Source: Chloroflexota bacterium (GTDB lineage: Bacteria; Chloroflexota; Anaerolineae; DTLA01). Taken from it: 64,000 bases of DNA. The notes under the pieces are model-generated. The model was given only the letters and a program-made list of their open reading frames with translations. It was not told the DNA's origin and made no database searches. The stretch spans positions 55,955 through 119,954 of the forward strand of contig JADBJK010000015.1 in NCBI GenBank assembly GCA_014874485.1, written 5' to 3'. Shown one piece after another: positions 1-8,868 of this stretch; position 1 is the first letter of the stretch; each line of letters begins with the position of its first letter. The translations under genes and the position numbers were made by a program.

Positions 1-678
1 GCGGTGAAGAAATTCGCCCAGTACAAGGTGGGGCGGCTGCCGGTGGTGAACGAGCATGGCGACCTGGTCGGCATCCTGACGGGCGGCGACATCACCCGCG
101 GCCTGCTGGAAGCCATCGGGCTGGACTATCACGCGGAGGAGATCAGCCGCTACCGTGCGCGACACATCTTTGAAGACATCGTATCGGACCAGACCGGCCT
201 GATCCTGCGCTACCACATCAAGCCGCGGGACTTCACCGGCGGGGGGAGCGCGTCCAGCAAGATCAAGCGGGCGCTGGATCGGCTGGGGGCCCCGCCGCTG
301 ATTCAGAGGCGGGTCGCCATCGCCGCCTACGAGGCGGAGATGAACCTGATTATCCATACGGACAACGGCGGCGAACTGATCGCGGAAATCCAGCCGGAAG
401 TCATCCGAATCGTCGCGACGGACAACGGCCCGGGCATCGCCGACATAGAGCAGGCCATGCAGCCCGGGTTCTCCACCGCGCCGAACTGGATTCGCGAACT
501 GGGGTTCGGGGCCGGCATGGGACTGGCGAACATCAAGAAATGCTCCGATTCCATGAAATTGGAGTCGCAGGTCGGCGTGGGCACGCGGCTGGAAATCGTC
601 ATCCGAATCCAGCCCGTCATGAGCAGCGGGAACGCCGCGCGACCCTCTGAAGGACAACAGAAACAGGAGACCTCGTGA
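1..678 (+). CDS. CBS-domain / histidine-kinase-like ATPase (HATPase_c, RsbW/anti-sigma-kinase-like) regulatory protein; probably 5'-truncated by the window edge
   Basis: The ORF at 4..678 has a CBS-like N-terminus (GRLPVVNEHGDLVGILTGGDI) followed by HATPase_c G1/G2 boxes (ATDNGPGI, GFGAGMGLANI). Only about one CBS repeat is present, so the gene likely continues upstream of the window. Confidence 0.6.
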   Translation, partial: AVKKFAQYKVGRLPVVNEHGDLVGILTGGDITRGLLEAIGLDYHAEEISRYRARHIFEDIVSDQTGLILRYHIKPRDFTGGGSASSKIKRALDRLGAPPLIQRRVAIAAYEAEMNLIIHTDNGGELIAEIQPEVIRIVATDNGPGIADIEQAMQPGFSTAPNWIRELGFGAGMGLANIKKCSDSMKLESQVGVGTRLEIVIRIQPVMSSGNAARPSEGQQKQETS

Positions 679-1031
679 TCGCACTAGCCGAGATTGTGCA
701 GAAACTCAACCTGGAAGTCGTGGGGAGCGCCGAGAATCTAGACCGCCGCGTCGTCGCCGGTTACGCGTCGGATTTGCTCAGTTGCGCCATGAACCGTGCC
801 AAGAAGGACTACGTCTGGGTTACGCTGCAGTCGCACGCCAACGTGGTCGCGGTGGCGAGCCTGCTGGACCTGGCCGCCGTCATCATCACCGAGGGCAACC
901 GCCCCGACGACGAGACCATCGCCCGCGCGGAGAGCGAAGGCGTCTGCCTGCTGCTCACGCCCAAGACGACGTTCACCGTCGTGGGCGAGTTGACGGCCCT
1001 CGGCGTCCGCGGCGAGCCGGAGCAGCCGTAA
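675..1031 (+). CDS. DRTGG-domain protein
   Basis: The 118-aa product is small and glycine-rich with an ...VVAGYASDLLSCAMN... core typical of DRTGG proteins. Its stop overlaps the upstream HATPase gene (ATGA coupling). Confidence 0.55.
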   Translation: MIALAEIVQKLNLEVVGSAENLDRRVVAGYASDLLSCAMNRAKKDYVWVTLQSHANVVAVASLLDLAAVIITEGNRPDDETIARAESEGVCLLLTPKTTFTVVGELTALGVRGEPEQP

Positions 1032-1048
1032 CGACGGCACGGGAGCCC

Positions 1049-1807
1049 ATGCTGCGGCCGATTCTGGCGGATTTGCACATTCACACAGTGCTCTCGGCGT
1101 GCGCCGAGGTGGAGATGATCCCGCCGCTCATCGTCCGGCGGGCGTGCCGCCTGGGGCTGGGCCTCATCGCGGTAACCGACCACAACGCTTGCGCCAACGC
1201 CGAGGCCGTCATACGCGCAGCCGAAGGGACCGGCCTGGCCGTGCTGCCGGGCATGGAACTCCAGACCCGCGAGGAGGTGCACCTGCTCTGCCTGTTTGAC
1301 ACGGTGGAGCAGAGCCTGGCGTGGCAGGCGGAGGTATGGAGCCTGCTGCCGCCGCTGGAGAACCGCGAGGAGTTCTTCGGCCCCCAGTACGTGGTGGACG
1401 CCGAAGGCCAATGGGTGCGCACCGAGGGGCGGCTCCTGGCGGCATCGGCGGACATCGCTCTGGAGCAGGCCATCGCCAGGGTGCACGCGCTGGGCGGGCT
1501 GGCGATACCGGCGCACGTGGACAGGCCGTCCTTCAGCCTGCTGGCGAACCTGGGCATGGTGCCGGCGAACCTCGGCGCGGACGCGCTGGAGGTTACGGCC
1601 CGGTTCCAGCCGGAGGCAGGTTTCGCCCAGTGGCCGGAGTTGCGCGGGTGGCCGCTTGTCGTGGACGGCGATGCGCATACGTTGAACGACATGCAGAACC
1701 GCACCCTGTTCAAGGTGGCTGCGCCGACCGTTCGCGAACTCTCACTAGCCCTTCGGGGCGCGGAAGGTCGCAAAATCACGGTGGACTGGCACCCAACGAA
1801 ATCGTAG
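1049..1807 (+). CDS. PHP-domain (polymerase/histidinol-phosphatase-like) metal-dependent phosphoesterase
   Basis: The product has an ADLHIHTVLSACA...VTDHN... PHP N-terminal histidine motif. The annotated start is the internal ATG at residue 90 of track ORF 782..1807; the upstream part of that ORF is a low-complexity Arg/Pro-rich artefact overlapping the DRTGG gene. Confidence 0.65.
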   Translation: MLRPILADLHIHTVLSACAEVEMIPPLIVRRACRLGLGLIAVTDHNACANAEAVIRAAEGTGLAVLPGMELQTREEVHLLCLFDTVEQSLAWQAEVWSLLPPLENREEFFGPQYVVDAEGQWVRTEGRLLAASADIALEQAIARVHALGGLAIPAHVDRPSFSLLANLGMVPANLGADALEVTARFQPEAGFAQWPELRGWPLVVDGDAHTLNDMQNRTLFKVAAPTVRELSLALRGAEGRKITVDWHPTKS

Positions 1808-1828
1808 AACTTCAAGGAGGAAAGTCGC

Positions 1829-2299
1829 ATGAGCCAACCTGAAACCCTGGATCTAGCACCGCTGGACGAAGTCATTGACGAATTCGCCGGGAAGAGTGGG
1901 GCCCTGATCCCAATCCTGCAACGGGCTCAGGACATCTTCGGCTATCTTCCGCCAGAGGTGCTCAAACACATCGCGGAGCGCACCCGCACACCCCTCAGCC
2001 AAGTGTATGGCGTGGTAACGTTCTACGCCCAGTTCTACCTGACGCGCCGCGGGAAGTACATCATCCGCCAGTGCGACGGGACCGCGTGCCACGTGCGCGG
2101 CGCGGCCAAGATCATTGACGCCGTGGAGCGCGAACTGGGCATCCGCGCGGGCGAGACCTCGCCCGACTACAAGTACACCTTTGAAGTCGTCTATTGTCTG
2201 GGTTCCTGCGGATTGTCGCCGGTGGCGGTCATCAACGACAAGGTGCACGGCCGCCTGACGCCGGAGCAGATGATCCGCACCATCCGTGAGTTGAAGTAG
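1829..2299 (+). CDS. hoxE: NAD(P)-linked hydrogenase diaphorase subunit HoxE (NuoE-like, thioredoxin-like [2Fe-2S])
   Basis: The 156-aa product has the NuoE/24-kDa subunit Cys pattern (CDGTACHVRG...CLGSCGLSP). An RBS (GGAGGAAAG) lies upstream. Confidence 0.8.
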   Translation: MSQPETLDLAPLDEVIDEFAGKSGALIPILQRAQDIFGYLPPEVLKHIAERTRTPLSQVYGVVTFYAQFYLTRRGKYIIRQCDGTACHVRGAAKIIDAVERELGIRAGETSPDYKYTFEVVYCLGSCGLSPVAVINDKVHGRLTPEQMIRTIRELK

Positions 2300-2301
2300 G
2301 C

Positions 2302-2856
2302 GTGCGAGAACTCTCCCTTCACGTGCTGGATGTGATGGAGAACGCCATTGAGGCAGGGGCCACGCGCATTGAGGTGCGCATTGACGAGGACCTGGGAGCG
2401 GATCGCTTGACCATAGAGGTTGCCGACAACGGGCGAGGGATGAGCAAGGAGATGACGCAGCGGGTTCTGGACCCCTTCTTCACGACGCGGAAGACGCGCC
2501 ACGTGGGGTTGGGGCTTCCGCTGTTCGCTGCGGCTGCCCGCCGCTGCGATGGCGACCTCACCATTGAGTCGGAGCCGGGAAAGGGGACGCGGGTCAGGGC
2601 CACGTTTCGGCACAGCCATATTGACCGGGCCCCGCTCGGCGATATGCCCTCGGCGCTCATGGCGGTTCTCCTGTCGGGGCGGCCCGTGGACCTGGCCTAC
2701 GTGCACCGTGTTGGCGAGGCCGAGTTCGCCTTTGACTCGGCGGAGGTCCGGCGCGAACTGGGCGAGGTCCCGCTGACGCATCCGGCGGTGCGCCAATGGC
2801 TGTGGCAGACACTGCGCGAAGGGGAGGAGAGCCTTCGCACCAAGCCGTCGGACTGA
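2302..2856 (+). CDS. Small stand-alone histidine-kinase-like ATPase (HATPase_c only)
   Basis: It has a GTG start, an N box (ENAIEAGAT), G1 (DNGRGM), G2 (GLGLPL) and GKGTRV. No sensor or DHp domain is present. Confidence 0.65.
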   Translation: MRELSLHVLDVMENAIEAGATRIEVRIDEDLGADRLTIEVADNGRGMSKEMTQRVLDPFFTTRKTRHVGLGLPLFAAAARRCDGDLTIESEPGKGTRVRATFRHSHIDRAPLGDMPSALMAVLLSGRPVDLAYVHRVGEAEFAFDSAEVRRELGEVPLTHPAVRQWLWQTLREGEESLRTKPSD

Positions 2857-2910
2857 TTTTCCAACCCATGCAGTGAGCAATGACAACCGGCAAAGCGAGG
2901 AGGTGGCAGA

Positions 2911-3294
2911 ATGCCCAAGATCAAGAGTTTGGAGGAACTCAAGAAGATTCGGGAGGAGGCGCAGAAAGACCTCAGAGTCCGCACCGAAACCGGCACCCGC
3001 ATCATCATCGGCATGGGCACGTGTGGCATTGCCGCCGGCGCGCGCGATGTGATGCACGCCATCCTCAACGAACTGGCGCGCAGGGACATTGAGGCCCATG
3101 TGGAGACGGTGGGATGCATCGGCATGTGCGCGAAGGAGCCCCTGGTGGACATTGAGCAGGCGGGAAAGCCACGGGTTACCTACGCCAACGTAACGCCCGA
3201 CATGGTGCCCCGCCTCATTGAAGAGCACCTGGTGAAGGGCCGCGTCGTCCAGGAGTGGGCGCTGGGCCGACTGGATTCCAAGGGCATCCAGTAG
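2911..3294 (+). CDS. Thioredoxin-like [2Fe-2S] ferredoxin (HndB-like)
   Basis: The 127-aa product has the IGMGTCGIAAGA...GCIGMCAKEP Cys motif. The same fold recurs at the N-terminus of both NuoF-like proteins in this window. Confidence 0.7.
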   Translation: MPKIKSLEELKKIREEAQKDLRVRTETGTRIIIGMGTCGIAAGARDVMHAILNELARRDIEAHVETVGCIGMCAKEPLVDIEQAGKPRVTYANVTPDMVPRLIEEHLVKGRVVQEWALGRLDSKGIQ

Positions 3295-3373
3295 GCGTGC
3301 TGGATTCTGAGACCGATACAACACCACCCATGAGCGTTTCACCGTAGACTGAGAAGACAAGGAGGAATCCGAT

Positions 3374-6300
3374 ATGGCCGAACCATTCTACAGGGCCAAC
3401 GTGCTGGTATGCGGCGGGACCGGATGCACGGCGTCCGGGTCGGCAGAGGTCATCACGGCCATGGAGGCGGAGATCAAGCGCCGCGGCCTGCAGAACGAGG
3501 TGCGGCTGGTGCAGACCGGCTGCCGCGGCTTCTGCGCCATGGGGCCTGTGATGATCGTTTACCCCGAAGGCATCTTCTACTGCCAGGTGCAGGCCAGCGA
3601 TGTGCCCACCATCGTGGAAGAGACCCTGGTCAAAGGGCGTGTCGTCCAGCGACTCACGTACCAGGAGCCGGAGACGCACAAGGCCCTGCCGTTCTACAAA
3701 GAGATTCCGTTCTACAGCAAGCAGATTCGCATTGCCCTGCGCAACTGCGGCATGATTGACCCCGAGAAGATAGAGGAGTACATCGCGCGGGGCGGCTACG
3801 AGGCGCTATCCAAGGCCCTGACCAGCATGACCCGCGAGGAGGTCATTGAGGAGGTCAAGCGGTCCGGGCTGCGCGGGCGAGGCGGTGCGGGCTTCCTCAC
3901 GGGCGTCAAGTGGGAGTTCACCGCCAAGGCCCCCGGCGACGTGAAGTACGTGGTGTGCAACGCCGACGAGGGCGACCCGGGCGCGTTCATGGACCGCTCC
4001 ATCTTGGAAGGCGACCCCCACAGCGTCATTGAGGGCATGATCATCTGCGGGTACGCCGTGGGCGCGAAAGAGGGGTACATCTACTGCCGCGCCGAGTACC
4101 CGCTGGCCATCAAGCGCCTGAAGACGGCCATCGCCCAGGCCGAGGAGTACGGCCTGCTGGGCGATCACATCATGGGCACCGACTTCAGTTTCCACCTGCA
4201 CATCAAGGAGGGCGCGGGCGCGTTCGTCTGCGGTGAGGAGACCGCGCTCATCGCGTCCATTGAGGGCCGCCGTGGCGAGCCGCGCCCCAGGCCGCCGTTC
4301 CCCGCCGTGTCGGGCCTGTGGGGCAAGCCCACCAACCTGAACAACGTCAAGAGTTACGCCAACATCCCGCAGATCATCGTCAACGGCGCCGAGTGGTTCA
4401 GCAACATCGGCGCGAAGCGAAGCCCGGGCACGGCCATCTTCGCGCTGACCGGCAAGGTGAACAACACCGGCCTGGTGGAAGTGCCCATGGGCATCACCCT
4501 GGGCGAGATCATCTTTGACATCGGCGGCGGCATCCCCAGAGGCAAGAAGTTCAAGGCCGTCCAGACCGGCGGGCCTCTTGGCGGCTGCATCCCGGCCCAG
4601 CACCTCAACGTCAAGGTGGACTTTGACTCGCTCAAGGAAGTGGGCGCGGTCATGGGTTCGGGCGGCATGATCGTCGTGGACGAAGACACCTGCATGGTGG
4701 AGTTCTCCAAGTTCTTCCTGACCTTCGCCCAGGCGGAATCGTGCGGCAAGTGCGTCCCCTGCCGCGTGGGCGGCAAGCGCATGCTGGAGATTCTCACCCG
4801 CATCACCGAGGGCAAGGGCAAACTGGAGGACCTGGACACCATCCGCGAGATCGCCAAGGGCATGGAGACCGGCGCGTTGTGCGCCCTGGGCCAGTTGACG
4901 CCCGGCCCGGTGATGGCCGCCCTGCGCTACTTTGAGGACGAGTTCCGCGCCCACATCCTGGACAAGGAATGCCCGGCCGGAACCTGCAAAGCGCTGGTGC
5001 GGGCGCGCTGCATCAACGCCTGCCCGTCCGAGGTGGACGTGCCGGCCTTCGTGGCGCTGACCGCCCAGGGGCGCTACCAGGAGGCGCTGGACATCCACCG
5101 CGAGCGCAACCCGTTCCCGCTCATCTGCGGGCGCGTGTGCCCGGCCTTCTGCGAGCAGAAGTGCCGCCGCGGCGACGTGGACGAGCCGGTGGCGCTGCGC
5201 CAGGTCAAGCGGTTCATGGCCGACCAGGAGAAGGACCATCCGTGGACGCCACCGAAGAAGGAAGGCCCCAAGGACAAGAAGGTGGCCGTCATCGGCGCGG
5301 GCCCCGCAGGGCTGACCGCGGCGCTGCGCCTGGCCCAGTTGGGCTATCCCGTTACCGTCTTTGAGAAACTGCCGGTTGCGGGCGGCATGATGGCGGTGGG
5401 CATCCCCGAATACCGCCTGCCGCGCGACATCCTGAACATTGAGATTGAGAACATCAAGCGGGCCGGGGTGGAGATTCGCCTGAACCAGGAGATGGGCCGC
5501 GACTTTACCATGGATGACCTGATGAACGGCATGGGCTACAGCGCCGTCGTGCTGGCCATCGGCGCCCACAAGAGCCGCAAACTGGGCATCCCGAACGAGG
5601 ACCTGCCCGGCGTGTACCACGGCGTGAATTTCCTGAAGGACGTGGCCCTGGGCAAGAAGCCGGACCTGAGGGGCAAGCGCGTGGCCGTCGTGGGCGGCGG
5701 CGCGGTTGCCGTGGACGCGGCGCGCACGGCCCTGCGGCTTGGCGCGAGCAAGGTGCATCTCATCTACCGCCGCACGCGGAGCGAGATGCCGGCCTGGGAA
5801 GAGGAAGTCCACGCCGCGGCGCTGGAAGGCATCCAGTTCCACTTCCTGACCAACCCGGTGGAGGTGATCGGAACCGACCACGTAACCGGCGTGAAACTCC
5901 AGGCGCAGCAGTTGGGCGAGTTTGACGCCAGCGGCCGCCGCAAGCCCGTCCCGATTGAGGGGTCCGAGTTCGTGCTGGACGTGGACCTGCTGATACCGGC
6001 CATCGGACAGGCGCTGGCGGTGGAGTGCCTGGACTCCTGCGGCGACATCAGTTTCAACCGCGACGGCACCATCACCGTCGGGCCGGACCTGGCGACGACC
6101 CGCGAGGGCGTCTTCGCGGCGGGCGACGCGGCCCTGGGGCCTGCCACCGTCGTGGAAGCCGTGGCCCAGGGCAACAAGGTGGCCGTGGCCGTGGATGCGT
6201 ACCTCAAGGGCCAGAAGGTGGAGCGGCCCAAGTACGTAACCGGGTACCACGAGGTGCCGCAGGTGTTCAACATGGACGACTACGCCGACGCCAAGCGGCC

Positions 6301-6481
6301 TCAGATGCCCGAATTGCCCGTTGAAGAGCGCATTTGCTGCTTTGACGAAGTGGAACTCGGGTTTGACGAAAAGACCGCCCGCGAAGAGTGCAAGCGTTGC
6401 CTGCGCTGCGACCTGGAATGGGTAGAGACCATGGGCGTGGAAGCGGTTACGCAGGCGGATAAAGACGCGGTCCCGGCATAG
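3374..6481 (+). CDS. hoxF: HoxF-like NAD(P)H-binding diaphorase subunit (NuoF 51-kDa homologue) fused C-terminally to a GltD/NfnB-like FAD-NAD(P)H oxidoreductase domain
   Basis: The 1035-aa product has an N-terminal thioredoxin-like 2Fe-2S domain and a NuoF core (GRGGAGFLTGVKWEF, CGKCVPCR 4Fe-4S). These are followed by a GltD-like 2x[4Fe-4S] region (CINACPSEVDVP...CGRVCPAFCEQKC), a Rossmann FAD/NAD(P) site (VAVIGAGPAGLTAA and VAVVGGGAVAVD) and a C-terminal Cys cluster (CKRCLRCD). The RBS is AAGGAGGAATCC. Confidence 0.8.
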   Translation: MAEPFYRANVLVCGGTGCTASGSAEVITAMEAEIKRRGLQNEVRLVQTGCRGFCAMGPVMIVYPEGIFYCQVQASDVPTIVEETLVKGRVVQRLTYQEPETHKALPFYKEIPFYSKQIRIALRNCGMIDPEKIEEYIARGGYEALSKALTSMTREEVIEEVKRSGLRGRGGAGFLTGVKWEFTAKAPGDVKYVVCNADEGDPGAFMDRSILEGDPHSVIEGMIICGYAVGAKEGYIYCRAEYPLAIKRLKTAIAQAEEYGLLGDHIMGTDFSFHLHIKEGAGAFVCGEETALIASIEGRRGEPRPRPPFPAVSGLWGKPTNLNNVKSYANIPQIIVNGAEWFSNIGAKRSPGTAIFALTGKVNNTGLVEVPMGITLGEIIFDIGGGIPRGKKFKAVQTGGPLGGCIPAQHLNVKVDFDSLKEVGAVMGSGGMIVVDEDTCMVEFSKFFLTFAQAESCGKCVPCRVGGKRMLEILTRITEGKGKLEDLDTIREIAKGMETGALCALGQLTPGPVMAALRYFEDEFRAHILDKECPAGTCKALVRARCINACPSEVDVPAFVALTAQGRYQEALDIHRERNPFPLICGRVCPAFCEQKCRRGDVDEPVALRQVKRFMADQEKDHPWTPPKKEGPKDKKVAVIGAGPAGLTAALRLAQLGYPVTVFEKLPVAGGMMAVGIPEYRLPRDILNIEIENIKRAGVEIRLNQEMGRDFTMDDLMNGMGYSAVVLAIGAHKSRKLGIPNEDLPGVYHGVNFLKDVALGKKPDLRGKRVAVVGGGAVAVDAARTALRLGASKVHLIYRRTRSEMPAWEEEVHAAALEGIQFHFLTNPVEVIGTDHVTGVKLQAQQLGEFDASGRRKPVPIEGSEFVLDVDLLIPAIGQALAVECLDSCGDISFNRDGTITVGPDLATTREGVFAAGDAALGPATVVEAVAQGNKVAVAVDAYLKGQKVERPKYVTGYHEVPQVFNMDDYADAKRPQMPELPVEERICCFDEVELGFDEKTAREECKRCLRCDLEWVETMGVEAVTQADKDAVPA

Positions 6482-6528
6482 CGCGGGCGCGATTCTACGC
6501 AACCAACGGAAAGGAGGCGACTTGCCCG

Positions 6529-8244
6529 ATGGCAACCGTCAACATCAAAATCAACGGACAACAGATTCAGGCGCGGGCGGGGGCCACGCTTCTGGAGGCG
6601 GCAAAAGAGGCGGGGATTGACATCCCCACCCTGTGCCACCACCCTGCCCTTGCCAACATCGGCGCGTGCCGCGTTTGCCTGGTGGAAGTGGCGAAGCAGC
6701 GCACACTCCAGCCCGCCTGCACCTTCCCCATCTCCGAGGGCATGGAAGTGGAGACCGAGTCGCCCAAGGCGGTGGAGGCGCGCAAGTTCGTCCTGGAGAT
6801 GCTCTTCTCCGAGCGCAATCACTACTGCATGTACTGCGAGATGAGCGGCGACTGCGAACTCCAGGCGCTGGCGTACCGCTACGGCCTGGACCACTGGACC
6901 TATCCCTCGCCGCACGCCAAGATGCCGGTGGACGGCACGCGCAAGTACTTCATCATGGATCACAACCGCTGCATCCTGTGCCGGCGCTGCATCCGTGCGT
7001 GCTCGGACCTGGTGGCGAACCACACGCTGGGCGTGCGCTTCCGCGGCGCCAAGACCATGATCAGCGCCGACATGGACGTGCCCTTCGGCGACTCCACGTG
7101 CGTGTCGTGCGGCACCTGCCTGCAGGTCTGCCCCACGGGCGCGCTGGTGGACCGCAAGAGCGCTTACATGGGCCGCGAGGTGCACGTAGAGCACACGGCC
7201 AGCGCATGCACGTTCTGCGCCGTGGGGTGCGGGACCAGCGTCGTTACACGCGCCGGGCATGTCCTGCGCGTGGAGGGCGACTGGGACGCACCCAACCAGG
7301 GCGTGCTGTGCGTAGCGGGGCGCTTTGAACCGCTCTACGACCGCCGCGAGCGGATCACCTCGCCCATGTTGCGCAAGGGCAACGGCCTTGTGCCCGTCTC
7401 CTGGGACGAGGCGCTGGGCGCCATCGCCGCCAAGGCGAAGGGCAACAGCGGCAAGAAGGCCGCGGCCTACGTTACCGGCAAGGCTCTCAACGATACGCTG
7501 GGCGAGTTCCTGAGGGTGTTCCAGGGGAAGATGCAGGCCACCGTTGGCACCGTGGAGCCGACGCTGGCGGACCTGGACCTGCCGGTGGGCGGCTCGCTGG
7601 CCGATGTGGACGCGGCCGACTGCATCCTGGTGGCGGGCGGCGATCCGCTGGCCACGCACCGCGTGCTCGGCTACCGCGTCAAGCGCGCCCTGGACAAAGG
7701 CGCTCGGCTGCTGGTGGTTACGGACAAGCCCAACGGCATGCTGCCCCTCGCGCACCGGAAGTTCGGCATGGCCCAGTTGGACGAGGCCGTGAAGGTCTGC
7801 CAGGGCAGCGCCGCGCCGGTGGTCATCTACGGTGGCGACCTGGACAAGGCCAGCGCCCGGAAACTGGCGACGCTGGTGGGCAAGGCCCGCTTCATCCCGC
7901 TGTTCCCCGCCAGCAACGGCTACCGAGCCAGGGAACTGGGTCTGAAGAACGGCTTCAGCGCCAATGGGCTCAAGGTGCTCTACCTGCTGTTGGGCGACGC
8001 AGAACTGCCCGACGAGGCCGTGAAGGAAGCGCGGCGGGCGGCATTCCTCGTCGTCCACGCCGCCTACAAGTCCGCGGCCACCGACGTGGCCGATGTGGTG
8101 CTGCCGGCTCCGCTGTGGTACGAGCAGGAGGGGAGTTTCACCGCCCTGGACGGCAGGAAAGTCGCCGTCAAGCCGGCGGTCGCCGCGCCCGAGGGTATGC
8201 TTGCCGAGGCCGCTGTCCTTGCCCGGCTGGCAGAGCGCCTGTAG
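6529..8244 (+). CDS. hoxU: HoxU-like iron-sulfur diaphorase subunit (NuoG 75-kDa homologue, extended C-terminus)
   Basis: The 571-aa product has an N-terminal 2Fe-2S ferredoxin fold (CHHPALANIGACRVC) and NuoG-type 4Fe-4S motifs (CILCRRCIRAC, CVSCGTCLQVCPTGA). It is longer than canonical HoxU because of a NuoG-like C-terminal domain. Confidence 0.75.
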   Translation: MATVNIKINGQQIQARAGATLLEAAKEAGIDIPTLCHHPALANIGACRVCLVEVAKQRTLQPACTFPISEGMEVETESPKAVEARKFVLEMLFSERNHYCMYCEMSGDCELQALAYRYGLDHWTYPSPHAKMPVDGTRKYFIMDHNRCILCRRCIRACSDLVANHTLGVRFRGAKTMISADMDVPFGDSTCVSCGTCLQVCPTGALVDRKSAYMGREVHVEHTASACTFCAVGCGTSVVTRAGHVLRVEGDWDAPNQGVLCVAGRFEPLYDRRERITSPMLRKGNGLVPVSWDEALGAIAAKAKGNSGKKAAAYVTGKALNDTLGEFLRVFQGKMQATVGTVEPTLADLDLPVGGSLADVDAADCILVAGGDPLATHRVLGYRVKRALDKGARLLVVTDKPNGMLPLAHRKFGMAQLDEAVKVCQGSAAPVVIYGGDLDKASARKLATLVGKARFIPLFPASNGYRARELGLKNGFSANGLKVLYLLLGDAELPDEAVKEARRAAFLVVHAAYKSAATDVADVVLPAPLWYEQEGSFTALDGRKVAVKPAVAAPEGMLAEAAVLARLAERL

Positions 8245-8278
8245 CAGCCGTGTAACGAGGATAAAAGGAGGATAATCC

Positions 8279-8818
8279 ATGGCGAAAGTCAAGGTTGCAA
8301 CAGATTGGCTGGCCGCGTGCGCAGGGTGCCACATGTCCGTGCTGGACATGGACGAGCGGCTCGTCCAACTGCTGGACAAGATAGAACTCACGTCCACGCC
8401 CATCACCGACCTGAAGCACCCACCGAAGGAGGGCGTTACGGTCGGGATTCTCACGGGCGCTATCTCCAACACGACCAACATTGAGGTCGCCAAGCAGATG
8501 CGCGAGCGCTGCCAGATTCTCATCGCGCTGGGCGACTGCGCGGTGTTCGGCGGCATCGTAACCATGCGCAACTTCTTTGACATGAACGAGGCCCTGAAAC
8601 GCGCCTACGTGGAGACCGAAAGCACCGTGGACGGCAAAATCCCCTGCTCGGAGGAACTGGGGAGGCCGGTGCGGGTGTGCGCGGTCAACCAGGTGGTCAA
8701 GGTGGACATCCACATTCCGGGATGCCCGCCGTCGCCGGACGCCATCTACTACGCCCTGTCCGAGTTGTTGGAGGGCCGCATCCCCGTCCTGACCGGCGAC
8801 AACCTGAAGTATGACTGA
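8279..8818 (+). CDS. hoxY: [NiFe] hydrogenase small subunit, NAD-reducing type (HoxY)
   Basis: The 179-aa product carries CAGCHMS, GDCAVFGG and GCPP motifs for the proximal 4Fe-4S cluster. The RBS is AAGGAGGATAA. Confidence 0.85.
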   Translation: MAKVKVATDWLAACAGCHMSVLDMDERLVQLLDKIELTSTPITDLKHPPKEGVTVGILTGAISNTTNIEVAKQMRERCQILIALGDCAVFGGIVTMRNFFDMNEALKRAYVETESTVDGKIPCSEELGRPVRVCAVNQVVKVDIHIPGCPPSPDAIYYALSELLEGRIPVLTGDNLKYD

Positions 8819-8868
8819 CGGTCATGCCCGCCAGGTCCAGGATTTGACCCTAGACAAGGAGCGCAACC

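Noticed and set aside
782-1807. 341-aa version of the PHP protein with an Arg/Pro/His-rich N-terminus
   Set aside because: The N-terminal 89 codons overlap the DRTGG gene in another frame and are low complexity. The conserved PHP fold starts at the internal ATG 1049 right after the upstream stop.
3806-6535. 909-aa ORF on the minus strand (also 6301..8583 at 760 aa, 11357..14530 at 1057 aa, 8749..10323 at 524 aa, 46359..49277 at 972 aa, 49651..52101 at 816 aa)
   Set aside because: These are antisense to well-supported genes (hoxF, hoxU, hypF, hoxH, leuS, murF-alr). Long stop-free antisense frames are expected at ~68% GC. Their products are low-complexity and rich in Arg/Gly/Ala/His with no domain signatures.
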